In this document: piece after piece, positions 10,046-19,436 of the stretch
Position numbering within the stretch: the stretch's first letter is position 1
Layout: every line of letters begins with the position of its first letter
DNA from: Sedimentisphaerales bacterium
Lineage (GTDB): Bacteria; Planctomycetota; Phycisphaerae; Sedimentisphaerales; Anaerobacaceae
Length of the DNA: 64,000 nucleotides
Reading direction: 5' to 3'
NCBI GenBank assembly: GCA_963708075.1
Contig: OY970194.1
Location: forward strand, 6,016,001-6,080,000
Notes under the pieces: model-generated
Seen by the model: the letters and a program-made list of their open reading frames with translations, nothing else
The model's database searches: none
Told to the model about the DNA's origin: nothing
Made by a program: the position numbers and the translations under genes

Positions 10046-11854
10046 TCATGGACGGGACTGATTTGTGCCTGTCTCATTCGTCTTGAGCAACTCGATGGTT
10101 CCTTCGGTCCGGCCGGCGAGTACGGAGATGACCTGGAAGCGGACCTCTTTCCGATCCGGCACGCGGACTGTGTAACGTGCTTTCGCCGTGCCGCCGCTGC
10201 CGGCAATCGGGGGCAGGACCGTCGTCTTCGTCCCGGCCAGGAAGCACTGCGGCTCGAGCTCCAGGACTACCCGCGTCGGATACACCTCCCGCGTCGTCTC
10301 CCCGTGCGCCAGCGAAGTCGGAAGGAAGCCCGTGTTGGTCACGAGGATCTCGATCTCATACAGCGAATCGGCCAGCAGGCGGCACCCGGTCCGGGCGACG
10401 CTGATTCGCGGCAGCCGCTGGGCCAGCTCCGTGAGGAAGTCCCCGTGTTTGGCGGCCAGGTCCACGAGCATGGCCACGGGCGGGTTCGTGCGGGCGAACG
10501 GCCGGTAGCCGCCCACCTCGACGCGCCGGCCGGGGAACTCGGGATGCTCGATCGCCAGCCACGCGACAAATGCATCCGGCGCGTGCTCGTCGAGCCACTT
10601 GAGCTGCTCGCGCTCCTCCTTGTTGCGCTTGTCGCCTTCCTTCTCGCGTTTTGCATCGGCCTTTGGGGCATTGGGATCGTTGGGCTCGGCGGGCTTCGTG
10701 TCTTTGGGTTCTTTATCTTTCGCCTTCTGGGCTTTCGAGATTGCGACGGCCAGGGCCGCATCCCAGGGTCGCGCCGCCAGCGACAGTCGGCCCCGATGGA
10801 AGTACATCCAGTCGCTGAAGGTGCCCGGCTCGACTGTGCATTCCAACTCCTTGTCGAGGCCGAGCTTTGTCCGATAGATCTTGCCGAGCGCCTCATGGTA
10901 GCCAATGTCCTTCTCATCGATGGCTTCCATGGGCTTGGCCCGGCCGGCCGATGCCGCACATTTCGGCGTCTTGCGCAGGTTGTCCGCCGCACCGTAGGTC
11001 AGGACAACGCCGACGTTCGGATGCGCGATCACGAAATCGGCGAGCGCCCTTGTCTCGATTTCGCAGACCGGATGGACGCCCGCCTCCGCGCTGAAAAACG
11101 CGTTGCCATACGGGAAATTGCGATTGAAATTGGTGCCGCCGGGACCGTCCTCATTCCACCGCTTGTCATGGTCGCTGTCGATGCCCTCCGGCAGCAGCCG
11201 CCAGCCGGGCGTTTCCCCCTTCATCGGGTCGGCCTTGAGCAGCAGCCGGTTGTCATTTGGGTCAAGGGCGTACTGGCCCTCCTTATCCTCGACTCGCATC
11301 ATGGTGATCAGGCCGTCGCCGTTGAGGTCCTCGCCGCCGTCTTCGTCCGTGAGCCCGTCGTGGTCATCGTCGAATGGCGACCCATTGACATTCATCTCGA
11401 TCCTCGGCTCGACAAAAAACCGCTCCACGGCATCCGGATTGAGGCACGGGACGACGTAGATTGTCGTGGTCTTGAGGAATTGGGCCTTGGCCGGCTCCTC
11501 GCGGTACTGCTTGAGCAGGGACTCGACCCAGGCGACTGCCGTGAAGGGTCCGACGAGGTCGTTGCCCTCGATGCCTGCGACGACGAGCATGGCGGGACGC
11601 GCGTTGTGATCCTGCTCGGCCCCGCCGCCGATGTCGATGAGCCAGACTTTGCGCTTCTCTCGCGACTCGGCCAGCTCGCGGACGCGGACGAGATTCGGGT
11701 CCTGCTCGCCCAGCCACGCCAGCCGCTCGCCCAGCGCCTTACAGTTGTAGTATTCCGCTCCCTGTGTTATCGCCGGCCCGGCCAGCAGCAGTGTGATCAG
11801 CACCAGCAAGGCCCGCCGCCCATACGATTCCATCGCAGACAGTTCCACGCACAC
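10046..11854 (-). CDS. Secreted M14 peptidase-like protein with degenerate Zn ligands
   Basis: NPDA, NFNRNF, EIETRALADF, DxDxDG loops; GIEGND in place of HxxE; alternative start 11833. Confidence 0.85.
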   Translation of the reverse strand: MCVELSAMESYGRRALLVLITLLLAGPAITQGAEYYNCKALGERLAWLGEQDPNLVRVRELAESREKRKVWLIDIGGGAEQDHNARPAMLVVAGIEGNDLVGPFTAVAWVESLLKQYREEPAKAQFLKTTTIYVVPCLNPDAVERFFVEPRIEMNVNGSPFDDDHDGLTDEDGGEDLNGDGLITMMRVEDKEGQYALDPNDNRLLLKADPMKGETPGWRLLPEGIDSDHDKRWNEDGPGGTNFNRNFPYGNAFFSAEAGVHPVCEIETRALADFVIAHPNVGVVLTYGAADNLRKTPKCAASAGRAKPMEAIDEKDIGYHEALGKIYRTKLGLDKELECTVEPGTFSDWMYFHRGRLSLAARPWDAALAVAISKAQKAKDKEPKDTKPAEPNDPNAPKADAKREKEGDKRNKEEREQLKWLDEHAPDAFVAWLAIEHPEFPGRRVEVGGYRPFARTNPPVAMLVDLAAKHGDFLTELAQRLPRISVARTGCRLLADSLYEIEILVTNTGFLPTSLAHGETTREVYPTRVVLELEPQCFLAGTKTTVLPPIAGSGGTAKARYTVRVPDRKEVRFQVISVLAGRTEGTIELLKTNETGTNQSRP

Positions 11855-12046
11855 GCGACCATCCTTAACAGAGCCCTTGTTGTCTTTGTACTGCCCATAC
11901 TCTAATGCGCAACCGCCCCCGTGACAACAAGCTACTCGACTGCGCCGGCGGCGACCGGCCGATGTGCCCCCAGACGCACTGCATGGATGCTCTGGAAAGT
12001 GCCACTGAGCTTCGCGGGGGTACTTGCCGCAATTACGACCAGGAGA

Positions 12047-12880
12047 TCAAGTCAGCCAGCTTTGAACCCATGGCAAGGGTTTGACGGATTCCAGCGTATC
12101 CTGGTCGGGACTCGGCAGCTGCCAGAAGAAGTCCAACCCGGCTCGCTTCTCCACTTCGTCAACCGTGGTCAGATAATTGAGTACAGGCGACGTGCGCGGC
12201 GCGGTTTGCTCCATGATGAAGGCGGCCACGTGCAAGGTGCCATGATCGCTGATGGCGACGATCTTCCAAAAGGCGCTCGGCACCGTGTGCGAGTCATCGC
12301 AGTTTGGCAGGGGCGGCATATTGACTTCGTAGATCGGGCCGGCCATCACCCACGCACTGCCGTGCCTGAGTACAAGGTCGCGGACCTTCGATTCGAGTTC
12401 CTCCCAGGGGCCTCTGTTCAGGTCAGGCCGTTGCGGCACGATGTTGCTGTAATAGTTCACCTGTGATGCAAATCGCGAGCCCTTGAATGCCGCCAGCGGA
12501 GCCAGATGGCCCCGGTCATAGGTTTTCTGATTTCGGTACGCATCCCGGTCTACCGGCTTGGCGGTCAGCGTCTCGGATGGCGCAAGCCACGGATCAGTGC
12601 GCCAGTTTCGTTCCAAGTCCAAGTCACCATCCACTTCGTGGCATGTCAGGTAGCAGCAGACCCAGTCGGCGAATTTCGTGGTGTCGTTGCTGCTCAGGGC
12701 GTACAGGTCTCGGACGATCAGGTCATTCGATGGCGGCGCGCCCAGCGGATAGCCATAGAAGAAGTGCTTGCAGTGAATCTCGGGCAGTGACGGCACGACC
12801 GTCTGGCCGGCGACTCGCGCCGCCGGGGCCAGCGCGGCTGAGAGAATCGTGATGGTCAGGATATAGCTTCGGCAATTCAT
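12047..12880 (-). CDS. Secreted DNA/RNA non-specific endonuclease (Serratia NucA type)
   Basis: Signal peptide, YDRGHLAP, SNIVPQ, LNRGPWEELE, VPSAFWKIV. Confidence 0.92.
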   Translation of the reverse strand: MNCRSYILTITILSAALAPAARVAGQTVVPSLPEIHCKHFFYGYPLGAPPSNDLIVRDLYALSSNDTTKFADWVCCYLTCHEVDGDLDLERNWRTDPWLAPSETLTAKPVDRDAYRNQKTYDRGHLAPLAAFKGSRFASQVNYYSNIVPQRPDLNRGPWEELESKVRDLVLRHGSAWVMAGPIYEVNMPPLPNCDDSHTVPSAFWKIVAISDHGTLHVAAFIMEQTAPRTSPVLNYLTTVDEVEKRAGLDFFWQLPSPDQDTLESVKPLPWVQSWLT

Positions 12881-12881
12881 G

Positions 12882-14051
12882 TCAAAACTTGATGACTGTC
12901 TTGAGACAATTATCCTTTTTATCCCTGAAAATACGGTAATAGTCGGGCGCCTGGTCCAGGGTGATTCGATGCGTGATGACGGCCGATGGCTTGATTCTGC
13001 CGTCGAGGATGAGTTGCAGGAGGGGGGCCATGTACTTGTGGACGTGGGTTTGGCCGCCGCGCATGGTCAGGCCTTTGTTGAAGAACGCGCCTAGCGGATA
13101 TTTATCCACGAAGCCGCCATAGACGCCGGGAACGGAGATGGTGCCGCCTTTACGGCAGGCCTGAATCACCCAGCGCAGGGCAGTTGGCCGGTCGGTTTCC
13201 AGCCTCAGCGAAGTCTTGACCGAGTCGTAGACGGCCATGAGACTGTCGCCGTGCGCTTCCATGCCGACAGCGTCGATGCAGGAATCCGGCCCATGCCCAT
13301 CAGTCAACTCCTTGATCTTCTCGAAGAGGTCTCTTTCTTCTTTATAATTGATAGGGGTGATTCGGTCGTCCGCCGCCTTCCTGAGCCGGTAGTCGAACCG
13401 GTCGATGAACAGGACTCTCCCCGCTCCCAGCAGCAAAGCGCTGCGGGCTGCGAACTGGCCGACGGAGCCCGCTCCGAACACCGCCACAGTGTCGCCTTCT
13501 TTGATGTCGCAATTTTCCGCTGCCATATATCCGGTGGGGAAGTTGTCGGTGAGCAGCACGGCGTCTTCGTCATCCACCTCCGGCGGGATCGCCACGGGGA
13601 TCTGGTCGGCGAAGGGGACGCGGAGGAACTCAGCCTGTCCGCCGGCGAACCCGCCGAACATGTGCGAATAGCCGAAATAGCCGCTTGGGGAATAGCCGTA
13701 CACTTTCGCCGCCATGGACGCGTTCGGATTGCTGTTGTCGCACAGCGAGTACAAGCCCTTTTCGCAGTAATAACATGCGCCGCAGGAGATATTGAAGGGA
13801 ACCGCGACCCGGTCCCCGTTGTGGAAGCGGCTCACCTGCCTGCCCGTATCCATCACCTCGCCGAAGGCCTCGTGGCCCAGAATATCGCCTCGTTCCATCG
13901 TGGGGATGAAGCCGTCGAACAGGTGCAGGTCGGACCCGCAGATGCCGGAGACCTTCACCCGGATAATCATGTCGGTCGGATCTTCAATCGCGGGATCGGG
14001 GACCTGATCGACATCGACGTGATGCTTGCCGTGCCAGCACAACGCTTTCAT
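12882..14051 (-). CDS. Zn-dependent alcohol/formaldehyde dehydrogenase (YbdR-like)
   Basis: GICGSDLH, LGHE, CGACYYC...C, GGQAEFLRVP, GAGSVG, CIDAVG. Confidence 0.9.
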   Translation of the reverse strand: MKALCWHGKHHVDVDQVPDPAIEDPTDMIIRVKVSGICGSDLHLFDGFIPTMERGDILGHEAFGEVMDTGRQVSRFHNGDRVAVPFNISCGACYYCEKGLYSLCDNSNPNASMAAKVYGYSPSGYFGYSHMFGGFAGGQAEFLRVPFADQIPVAIPPEVDDEDAVLLTDNFPTGYMAAENCDIKEGDTVAVFGAGSVGQFAARSALLLGAGRVLFIDRFDYRLRKAADDRITPINYKEERDLFEKIKELTDGHGPDSCIDAVGMEAHGDSLMAVYDSVKTSLRLETDRPTALRWVIQACRKGGTISVPGVYGGFVDKYPLGAFFNKGLTMRGGQTHVHKYMAPLLQLILDGRIKPSAVITHRITLDQAPDYYRIFRDKKDNCLKTVIKF

Positions 14052-14248
14052 AGCCAACCTCTGTCTGAGAATCGCCTTTGTCGTGCGAGATGATTCTGTT
14101 CGTGAGTCGCTCAGCCCTCTTCATATATCTGCCTGGTCCGCCACGCGATGAGGGCCTTGCTCAGATTGCCGCAGGAAATGGGAAACGTCGCCGGGGATGA
14201 AGGCTGGACATTGGTCTGCCGTTTGCTGAATCCAAGGTAAAGAAAAGG

Positions 14249-14277
14249 TTGCAGGAGGGCGGGGGGCGGGATAGAAT
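14249..14277 (+). promoter_or_regulatory. sigma70-type promoter of ahcY
   Basis: TTGCAG-17-TAGAAT. Confidence 0.5.
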
Positions 14278-14305
14278 TCCGGGTTTGGCTGGGGAAGAGA
14301 AAGGA

Positions 14306-15571
14306 ATGACAATGAAATATGACGTAGCCGATTTGGCATTGGCGCAAGAAGGCAAAAGAAGGATTCTGTGGGCGGATAACGACATGCCGGTCCTGCGGCA
14401 GATTCGCGAGCGGTTTTCGCGGACCAAGCCGCTGAAGGGCTTGAACGTTTCCGCGTGCCTGCACATCACGGCCGAGACGGCCAACCTGGCGCGAACGCTC
14501 AAGGATAGCGGCGCGAACGCGGTGTTGTGCGCGTCGAACCCGCTGAGTACGCAGGACGATGTGGCGGCCTCGCTGGTCAAGGATTTTGGCATTCCGGTCT
14601 TCGCGATCCGGGGTGAGAACCGGAAGGTCTATTACGACCACATCAACGCGGCCATCGACCACAAGCCTGTGATCACGTTCGACGACGGGGCCGATCTGGT
14701 CAACGAAATGCACATGAAGCGAAAGGACGACGCCAAGCGGATCATTGCCAGCATGGAGGAGACGACTACGGGCGTCATCCGCCTTCGGGCGATGGAGAAG
14801 CAAGGCAAGCTGAAGTTCCCGGTGATCGCGGTCAACGACGCCAAGAGCAAGCATCTGTTCGATAATCGCTACGGCACGGGCCAGTCTACGGTCGATGGAA
14901 TCATCCGGGCGACGGATCATCTGCTGGCGGGGGCGAAGGTCGTCGTCGCGGGCTACGGCTGGTGCGGCCGGGGGTTTGCCATGCGGGCCCGCGGCATGGG
15001 CGCCATCGTCATCGTCACCGAGATCGATCCGATCAAGGCGCTGGAGGCCGCCATGGACGGCTTCGAGGTCATGCCGATGTCGGAGGCGGCCCGGGTCGGC
15101 GACGTGTTCGTGACGCTGACCGGCAACAAGCACGTAATCCGGCCGGAGCATTTCCGCGTGATGAAGGATCGCGCCGCCGTCGCCAACAGCGGCCACTTCA
15201 ATGTCGAGATCGACATCCCGGGCCTCAAGAACATGAGCCGGAAGGTCAATCGCGGCGTGCGAAGGAACGTGGACGAGTATGTCATCAACAAGAAAAGACG
15301 CATCTATCTCCTGGCGGAAGGACGATTGATCAACCTGGCGGCGGCGGAAGGCCATCCCGCCAGCGTGATGGACATGAGCTTCGCTACGCAGGCCCTCCAG
15401 GCCGAATGGGTGGTCAAGAACCAACGCAAGCTGGAGGTCAAAGTCTATGACGTGCCGCTCGAAATCGAGGAGCGGGTCTGCCAACTGAAGCTGCAGGCGA
15501 TGGCGATTGGCATCGACGAGCTGACGCCGGAGCAGGTCGCCTACCTCGCCAGCAGCGGCGAAGGAACGTAA
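14306..15571 (+). CDS. ahcY: Adenosylhomocysteinase
   Basis: SNPLSTQD, EETTTG, KHLFDNRYGTGQS, GYGWCGRG, NSGHF, GHPASVMDMSF. Confidence 0.96.
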   Translation: MTMKYDVADLALAQEGKRRILWADNDMPVLRQIRERFSRTKPLKGLNVSACLHITAETANLARTLKDSGANAVLCASNPLSTQDDVAASLVKDFGIPVFAIRGENRKVYYDHINAAIDHKPVITFDDGADLVNEMHMKRKDDAKRIIASMEETTTGVIRLRAMEKQGKLKFPVIAVNDAKSKHLFDNRYGTGQSTVDGIIRATDHLLAGAKVVVAGYGWCGRGFAMRARGMGAIVIVTEIDPIKALEAAMDGFEVMPMSEAARVGDVFVTLTGNKHVIRPEHFRVMKDRAAVANSGHFNVEIDIPGLKNMSRKVNRGVRRNVDEYVINKKRRIYLLAEGRLINLAAAEGHPASVMDMSFATQALQAEWVVKNQRKLEVKVYDVPLEIEERVCQLKLQAMAIGIDELTPEQVAYLASSGEGT

Positions 15572-15696
15572 GATTTACGATTTATGATTTACAATTTACG
15601 ATTTGCAGATAGAAGCGCCGACTCACACCGCCTTGTGTCGCGCAACGGCCTTCGAAGGGCGAAGCCAAATCGTAAATCGTAAATGGTAAATGCTAA
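15572..15696. repeat. Period-7 inverted repeat (GATTTAC)n...(GTAAATC)n
   Basis: GATTTACGATTTATGATTTACAATTTACGATTTG ... CAAATCGTAAATCGTAAATGGTAAATGCTAAAT; same family as 8123-8198. Confidence 0.85.
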
Positions 15697-17640
15697 ATGG
15701 CATCCGAGACTGAAAAAACGCCGAAGGCGCCCAAGTCCTTTCTGACCATCGGCCCGACGCTGCATTACAGTCACAGCAACGTGCAGCGGTCGTGGCTGCT
15801 GGCGGCAGCCCTGTTCTCCATCACCTGCCTGCTGTGGTCCAGGATCGTGACGGGATCGTTCTGGACGTTCGATTTCCAGGCCCAGGCGGCCCCGGACTTC
15901 TGGCGTCTGGGCGAGGCGACGACAGCGGGGACAAGTATCTTCGAGTACCCCTGGCAGATCATCGTGCTCGGCCTGCTGATGGGCATCATGGCGGTCGTGC
16001 CCGTACTGATTGCGCAGTTGATGAGCTTCGGGCACAGCTTCGTGTTTCTGCTGGCGGTGTTCTTCCTGGCGAACCTGCCCGGATTCGCGACGTTTCTGCT
16101 GGTGAGCTGCTTTGCGGTGGCAGCGCGGCCGCTGCGCTTTCGCTCCCGCATCATTGCGATCGCCCTTTGCATGGCGCCGCAGCTTTTGTACTGGGGCCTG
16201 TTCGGGGCGGCCAAAGAAGTCGACACGTTCTCATGGGGTCTGTCCCTGGCCCCATGGATCTTTGCGTGGCTGGTGGGCATGACGGTCGCCGGGATCGTGC
16301 TGGCCGTCGGGCACTACACCCGTTACAAGCCGGGACTGACCTGGATCTTCACCACAACCACCCTGTTACTGGCACTCGGAATCTTCGAAGGGGCCGTGGG
16401 GTTTGACGAGCTGGATTACCAGTTCTACGTGGCGAGGAATAACCCGGAGGACGTCACCGAGTTTCGCGAGCACACCATCCGCGAGGCGCTGGACGAGACG
16501 GTGAACGTGGCCATCAAGCAGAAAGACCTCAGTATGAAGAAGTTCGTGGCCACGGAGCGCATACCACTGCGTGCGGAGATGAAAGGGGAGATCCTGATCG
16601 ACCTGAACAACAGCGATGAATGGCCGGCCTGGTTTGATTCCAAGGTGCGGGAGGAGTGGAGATACAAGGACAGGCGGAAATGGCTCATCGAGCAATACGG
16701 TTGTTTCATGCATCCGGAGAAGCCCTGGTGGATGCCGAGGTTCGTTCACGACCGAATCCTCCAACGGCGCTCCGCCAGCGAGCGCATGCCGATCGCCTTG
16801 TACTACAAGGCGATGGTCAATGAATACAGCCCGGACCTCCGGCAAATCAGGCAGGATGACCTGCTAGGCTTCTACTGTGACTACCCGCAGGATGAAGCCC
16901 TGCCCATTTGGGACGACCTCTACAGTATCGAGGCGTACAATAAGAGTCCCGAGTCGATTGAAGCGAGATGGCGGCTGGCCCGGCACATCGCGAGGCAGGA
17001 ATGGCTCAAGGAATCGAGGCTGATCGGGGAGCTGGATTACGCCAACAGCATTCTCGTGGAGGCGAACGAGATGCTCGAGCGGGAGCTGGCCCTTGCCGAG
17101 CAGACCCGGCCTGCGCCGCCGGACAACCTCTTCGGAGCATTTCGCCGACCCGCGCGGACCGTGCTGACCGTCGTAAAGCTGCGGGACCTGCAGCGACGCG
17201 TCCGGGAGCTCAAGACCCTCATCGGCGAGGAGAATCGCAAGGGCGCGGAAGGGGCTGTGCTCCGTCTGGCGAAGTTCGTCAGGCTGAACCCCCACAGTCT
17301 GGAGTACGAGCAGCAGCTCGATGCCCTGCTCGCGGACACCGGACAAAATGACGGGCTGCTGGACAACCTCCTGCTGGAAAAGGCCAAGCTCATCGCCGAC
17401 GAGCAAGGCCGGGGCCGGCGGCTCGAAGCCCTGCACAGGCAATTCCAGAACACCGACGGCGGCATCCAGGCCCTCTACGAACTCACACGCCTGAGGATCG
17501 AGGTTTATAAGCGCGAGCCCCGCATGGATAGCCTGCTGCCGGCCCGCGACATGCTGATGAGCTTCCTGAGCCTGTACCCCAAGAGCTTCTACGCGGACCA
17601 GGTTCGCAAGAACCTGGAGGATCTGCCGGGGCCGGATTAG
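15697..17640 (+). CDS. Membrane protein (about 7 N-terminal TM helices) with helical/TPR-like C-terminus
   Basis: Long ORF with hydrophobic N-terminal third; C-terminal FLSLYPKSFYADQV resembles TPR/BamD-like caps. Confidence 0.75.
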   Translation: MASETEKTPKAPKSFLTIGPTLHYSHSNVQRSWLLAAALFSITCLLWSRIVTGSFWTFDFQAQAAPDFWRLGEATTAGTSIFEYPWQIIVLGLLMGIMAVVPVLIAQLMSFGHSFVFLLAVFFLANLPGFATFLLVSCFAVAARPLRFRSRIIAIALCMAPQLLYWGLFGAAKEVDTFSWGLSLAPWIFAWLVGMTVAGIVLAVGHYTRYKPGLTWIFTTTTLLLALGIFEGAVGFDELDYQFYVARNNPEDVTEFREHTIREALDETVNVAIKQKDLSMKKFVATERIPLRAEMKGEILIDLNNSDEWPAWFDSKVREEWRYKDRRKWLIEQYGCFMHPEKPWWMPRFVHDRILQRRSASERMPIALYYKAMVNEYSPDLRQIRQDDLLGFYCDYPQDEALPIWDDLYSIEAYNKSPESIEARWRLARHIARQEWLKESRLIGELDYANSILVEANEMLERELALAEQTRPAPPDNLFGAFRRPARTVLTVVKLRDLQRRVRELKTLIGEENRKGAEGAVLRLAKFVRLNPHSLEYEQQLDALLADTGQNDGLLDNLLLEKAKLIADEQGRGRRLEALHRQFQNTDGGIQALYELTRLRIEVYKREPRMDSLLPARDMLMSFLSLYPKSFYADQVRKNLEDLPGPD

Positions 17641-17743
17641 GCGGATTGTGACACCGGCGAGACACGCAACCGTCTTATCGGTCTGTTGCGAGCACGCGTA
17701 GGCCCGGTAAAATCGACCCTTGCGTCACGGCATTGGGTTTGGT

Positions 17744-17771
17744 TTGACTTTCACACGAGTTTTCGTAAGAT
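17744..17771 (+). promoter_or_regulatory. Possible sigma70 promoter
   Basis: TTGACT-16-TAAGAT. Confidence 0.4.
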
Positions 17772-17835
17772 AACAGTAGCGGGCCGCGCATTTGGGGTGG
17801 CTCGCGACAGCAACGGACAGGCAGGGATTTCGATA

Positions 17836-18324
17836 ATGGCGGCGAATGATGCTCGATTCCATCCCCGTGTCATCGTGGTCGGGGATCGGCATAGCAGTTT
17901 TGCGGAGGAGGTGGGCCGTCTGGCTGCGGAATACGACCTCGCAGTAGCCTCGTGCGACGACATCTACTCGGCGGCGACGGAGTTGGCCGGCCATCCCGAC
18001 CGGCTCCTCATGGTTACCGGGATGTTCCGGCAGTTGACCCGGGGGAGAGGTGATTTCTTCGCCCTGGCGGAGCGCCACGGCGTACCCTGTTGCTGTCTGC
18101 TGGATAAACAAAGCGACGTGGAGCGGCACAAGATTCTTGCGGCCGTGCACCGGGGGGTCCGATTGGCAGGGGAAGTGGCCGACATCCGCCGGTTCCTCGA
18201 AAACCGGCTGGCGGCCGAGGGACATCGTGGCCCGGAGGCCGACGAGGAGGATTTCCGGGGGGAGCAGTTCCGTGCGACCGAGGATGAGCTCAAAGCGCTA
18301 TTGAGGCAGGAGACAAATGGCTAA
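17836..18324 (+). CDS. Hypothetical protein, degenerate receiver-like fold
   Basis: RVIVVGD start, alpha/beta pattern, acidic tail ATEDELKALL; overlaps the GGDEF gene start. Confidence 0.6.
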   Translation: MAANDARFHPRVIVVGDRHSSFAEEVGRLAAEYDLAVASCDDIYSAATELAGHPDRLLMVTGMFRQLTRGRGDFFALAERHGVPCCCLLDKQSDVERHKILAAVHRGVRLAGEVADIRRFLENRLAAEGHRGPEADEEDFRGEQFRATEDELKALLRQETNG

Positions 18325-19429
18325 CGGCACGGATCCAACATTGCCAGGCGGGGCGATAGGCGGGACTTCGTCCCGGCAGCCGGGGGTCCTGCTGGTCGGC
18401 GACGCCCGCAGGGCATTTGTAGATGCCGAGGGTGTGCATAATTATTCGTTCGAAGTGGCCTCGGGCCTGCTCGATGCGATGGACATGGCCGCCCGCGGGG
18501 ACTTCGCCGTGGTGGGCGTGGTCATGGACGGCACAGCGGGACATCTGTATGCGGCCCTGAAGGCTCTGCGCAAAGGGACTCACGCCCGCATTGTCCTGTT
18601 GGCACAGATGCACGAGGAGCCGATCGCCCGGCGGCTGGTGGAGGAGGGATGGGAAGGGGGCAAGCTCGCCGATGAGTACCTCGTTTGCCCAACCTTTCTG
18701 ACGCGGCTTTGCGGCCGTACGGCATCGGGAACGACCGGCGCGAGGACGCCATCGCCCGATGGACAGGAACAGCCTTCGCCCGCAGACACCCTGGCCCATG
18801 TCGATCCCGCGCAGTTGGAACAGAAGCTGCGGCATCTGGAATACCTCGCCACGACCGATGACCTGACGGACCTGAGGAACCGCCGGTATATCTGGGAGTT
18901 CGCCAGGCAGGCGCTGGAGCGTGCGAAGGTCAGCCACGGGCGCGTGACATTGCTGCTGTTCGACATCGACAATTTCAAGCACTACAACGACGTGTACGGC
19001 CATCTGGCCGGCGACGAGATCCTGCGGCAGGCGGGCATCCTGATGCGCCGCTGCTGCCGCCCGCGTGACGTGGTCGGACGCGTCGGCGGCGATGAGTTCG
19101 CCGTCGTGTTCTGGGACGACCCCTACAGGACCGGCGACCACTTGGAGCAGGACCGCCGCTCGACGGACACCGACCATCCGGCGGAAGCGATCTTTATGGC
19201 GAAGCGCTTTCAGAAGGAATTCGGCAACGCCGAGCTGCCTCTGCTGGGTCCTGAGGCCCAGGGTGTCCTGACCATCAGCGGCGGACTGGCCAGCTTCCCG
19301 CGCGACGGCTCCACCATCCACGATCTTTTTGAGCGGGCCGACATGGCTCTGCTCGACGCCAAGCGCAGCGGCAAAAACCGCATCTACCTCGTCGGCGAGC
19401 CCCAGAGCAACATCGCCGACATCCGGTAA
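18317..19429 (+). CDS. Diguanylate cyclase with receiver-like N-terminus
   Basis: TDDLTDLRNRR, FDIDNFKHYND, RPRD I-site, GGDEF, ADMALLDAKRSGKN. Confidence 0.92.
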   Translation: MANGTDPTLPGGAIGGTSSRQPGVLLVGDARRAFVDAEGVHNYSFEVASGLLDAMDMAARGDFAVVGVVMDGTAGHLYAALKALRKGTHARIVLLAQMHEEPIARRLVEEGWEGGKLADEYLVCPTFLTRLCGRTASGTTGARTPSPDGQEQPSPADTLAHVDPAQLEQKLRHLEYLATTDDLTDLRNRRYIWEFARQALERAKVSHGRVTLLLFDIDNFKHYNDVYGHLAGDEILRQAGILMRRCCRPRDVVGRVGGDEFAVVFWDDPYRTGDHLEQDRRSTDTDHPAEAIFMAKRFQKEFGNAELPLLGPEAQGVLTISGGLASFPRDGSTIHDLFERADMALLDAKRSGKNRIYLVGEPQSNIADIR

Positions 19430-19436
19430 AGTTGCC

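Noticed and set aside
14060..14305. SAH/SAM riboswitch upstream of ahcY
   Set aside because: No GAGGAGCG..CAGGCTC-type consensus visible; the predicted promoter leaves only a ~25-nt leader
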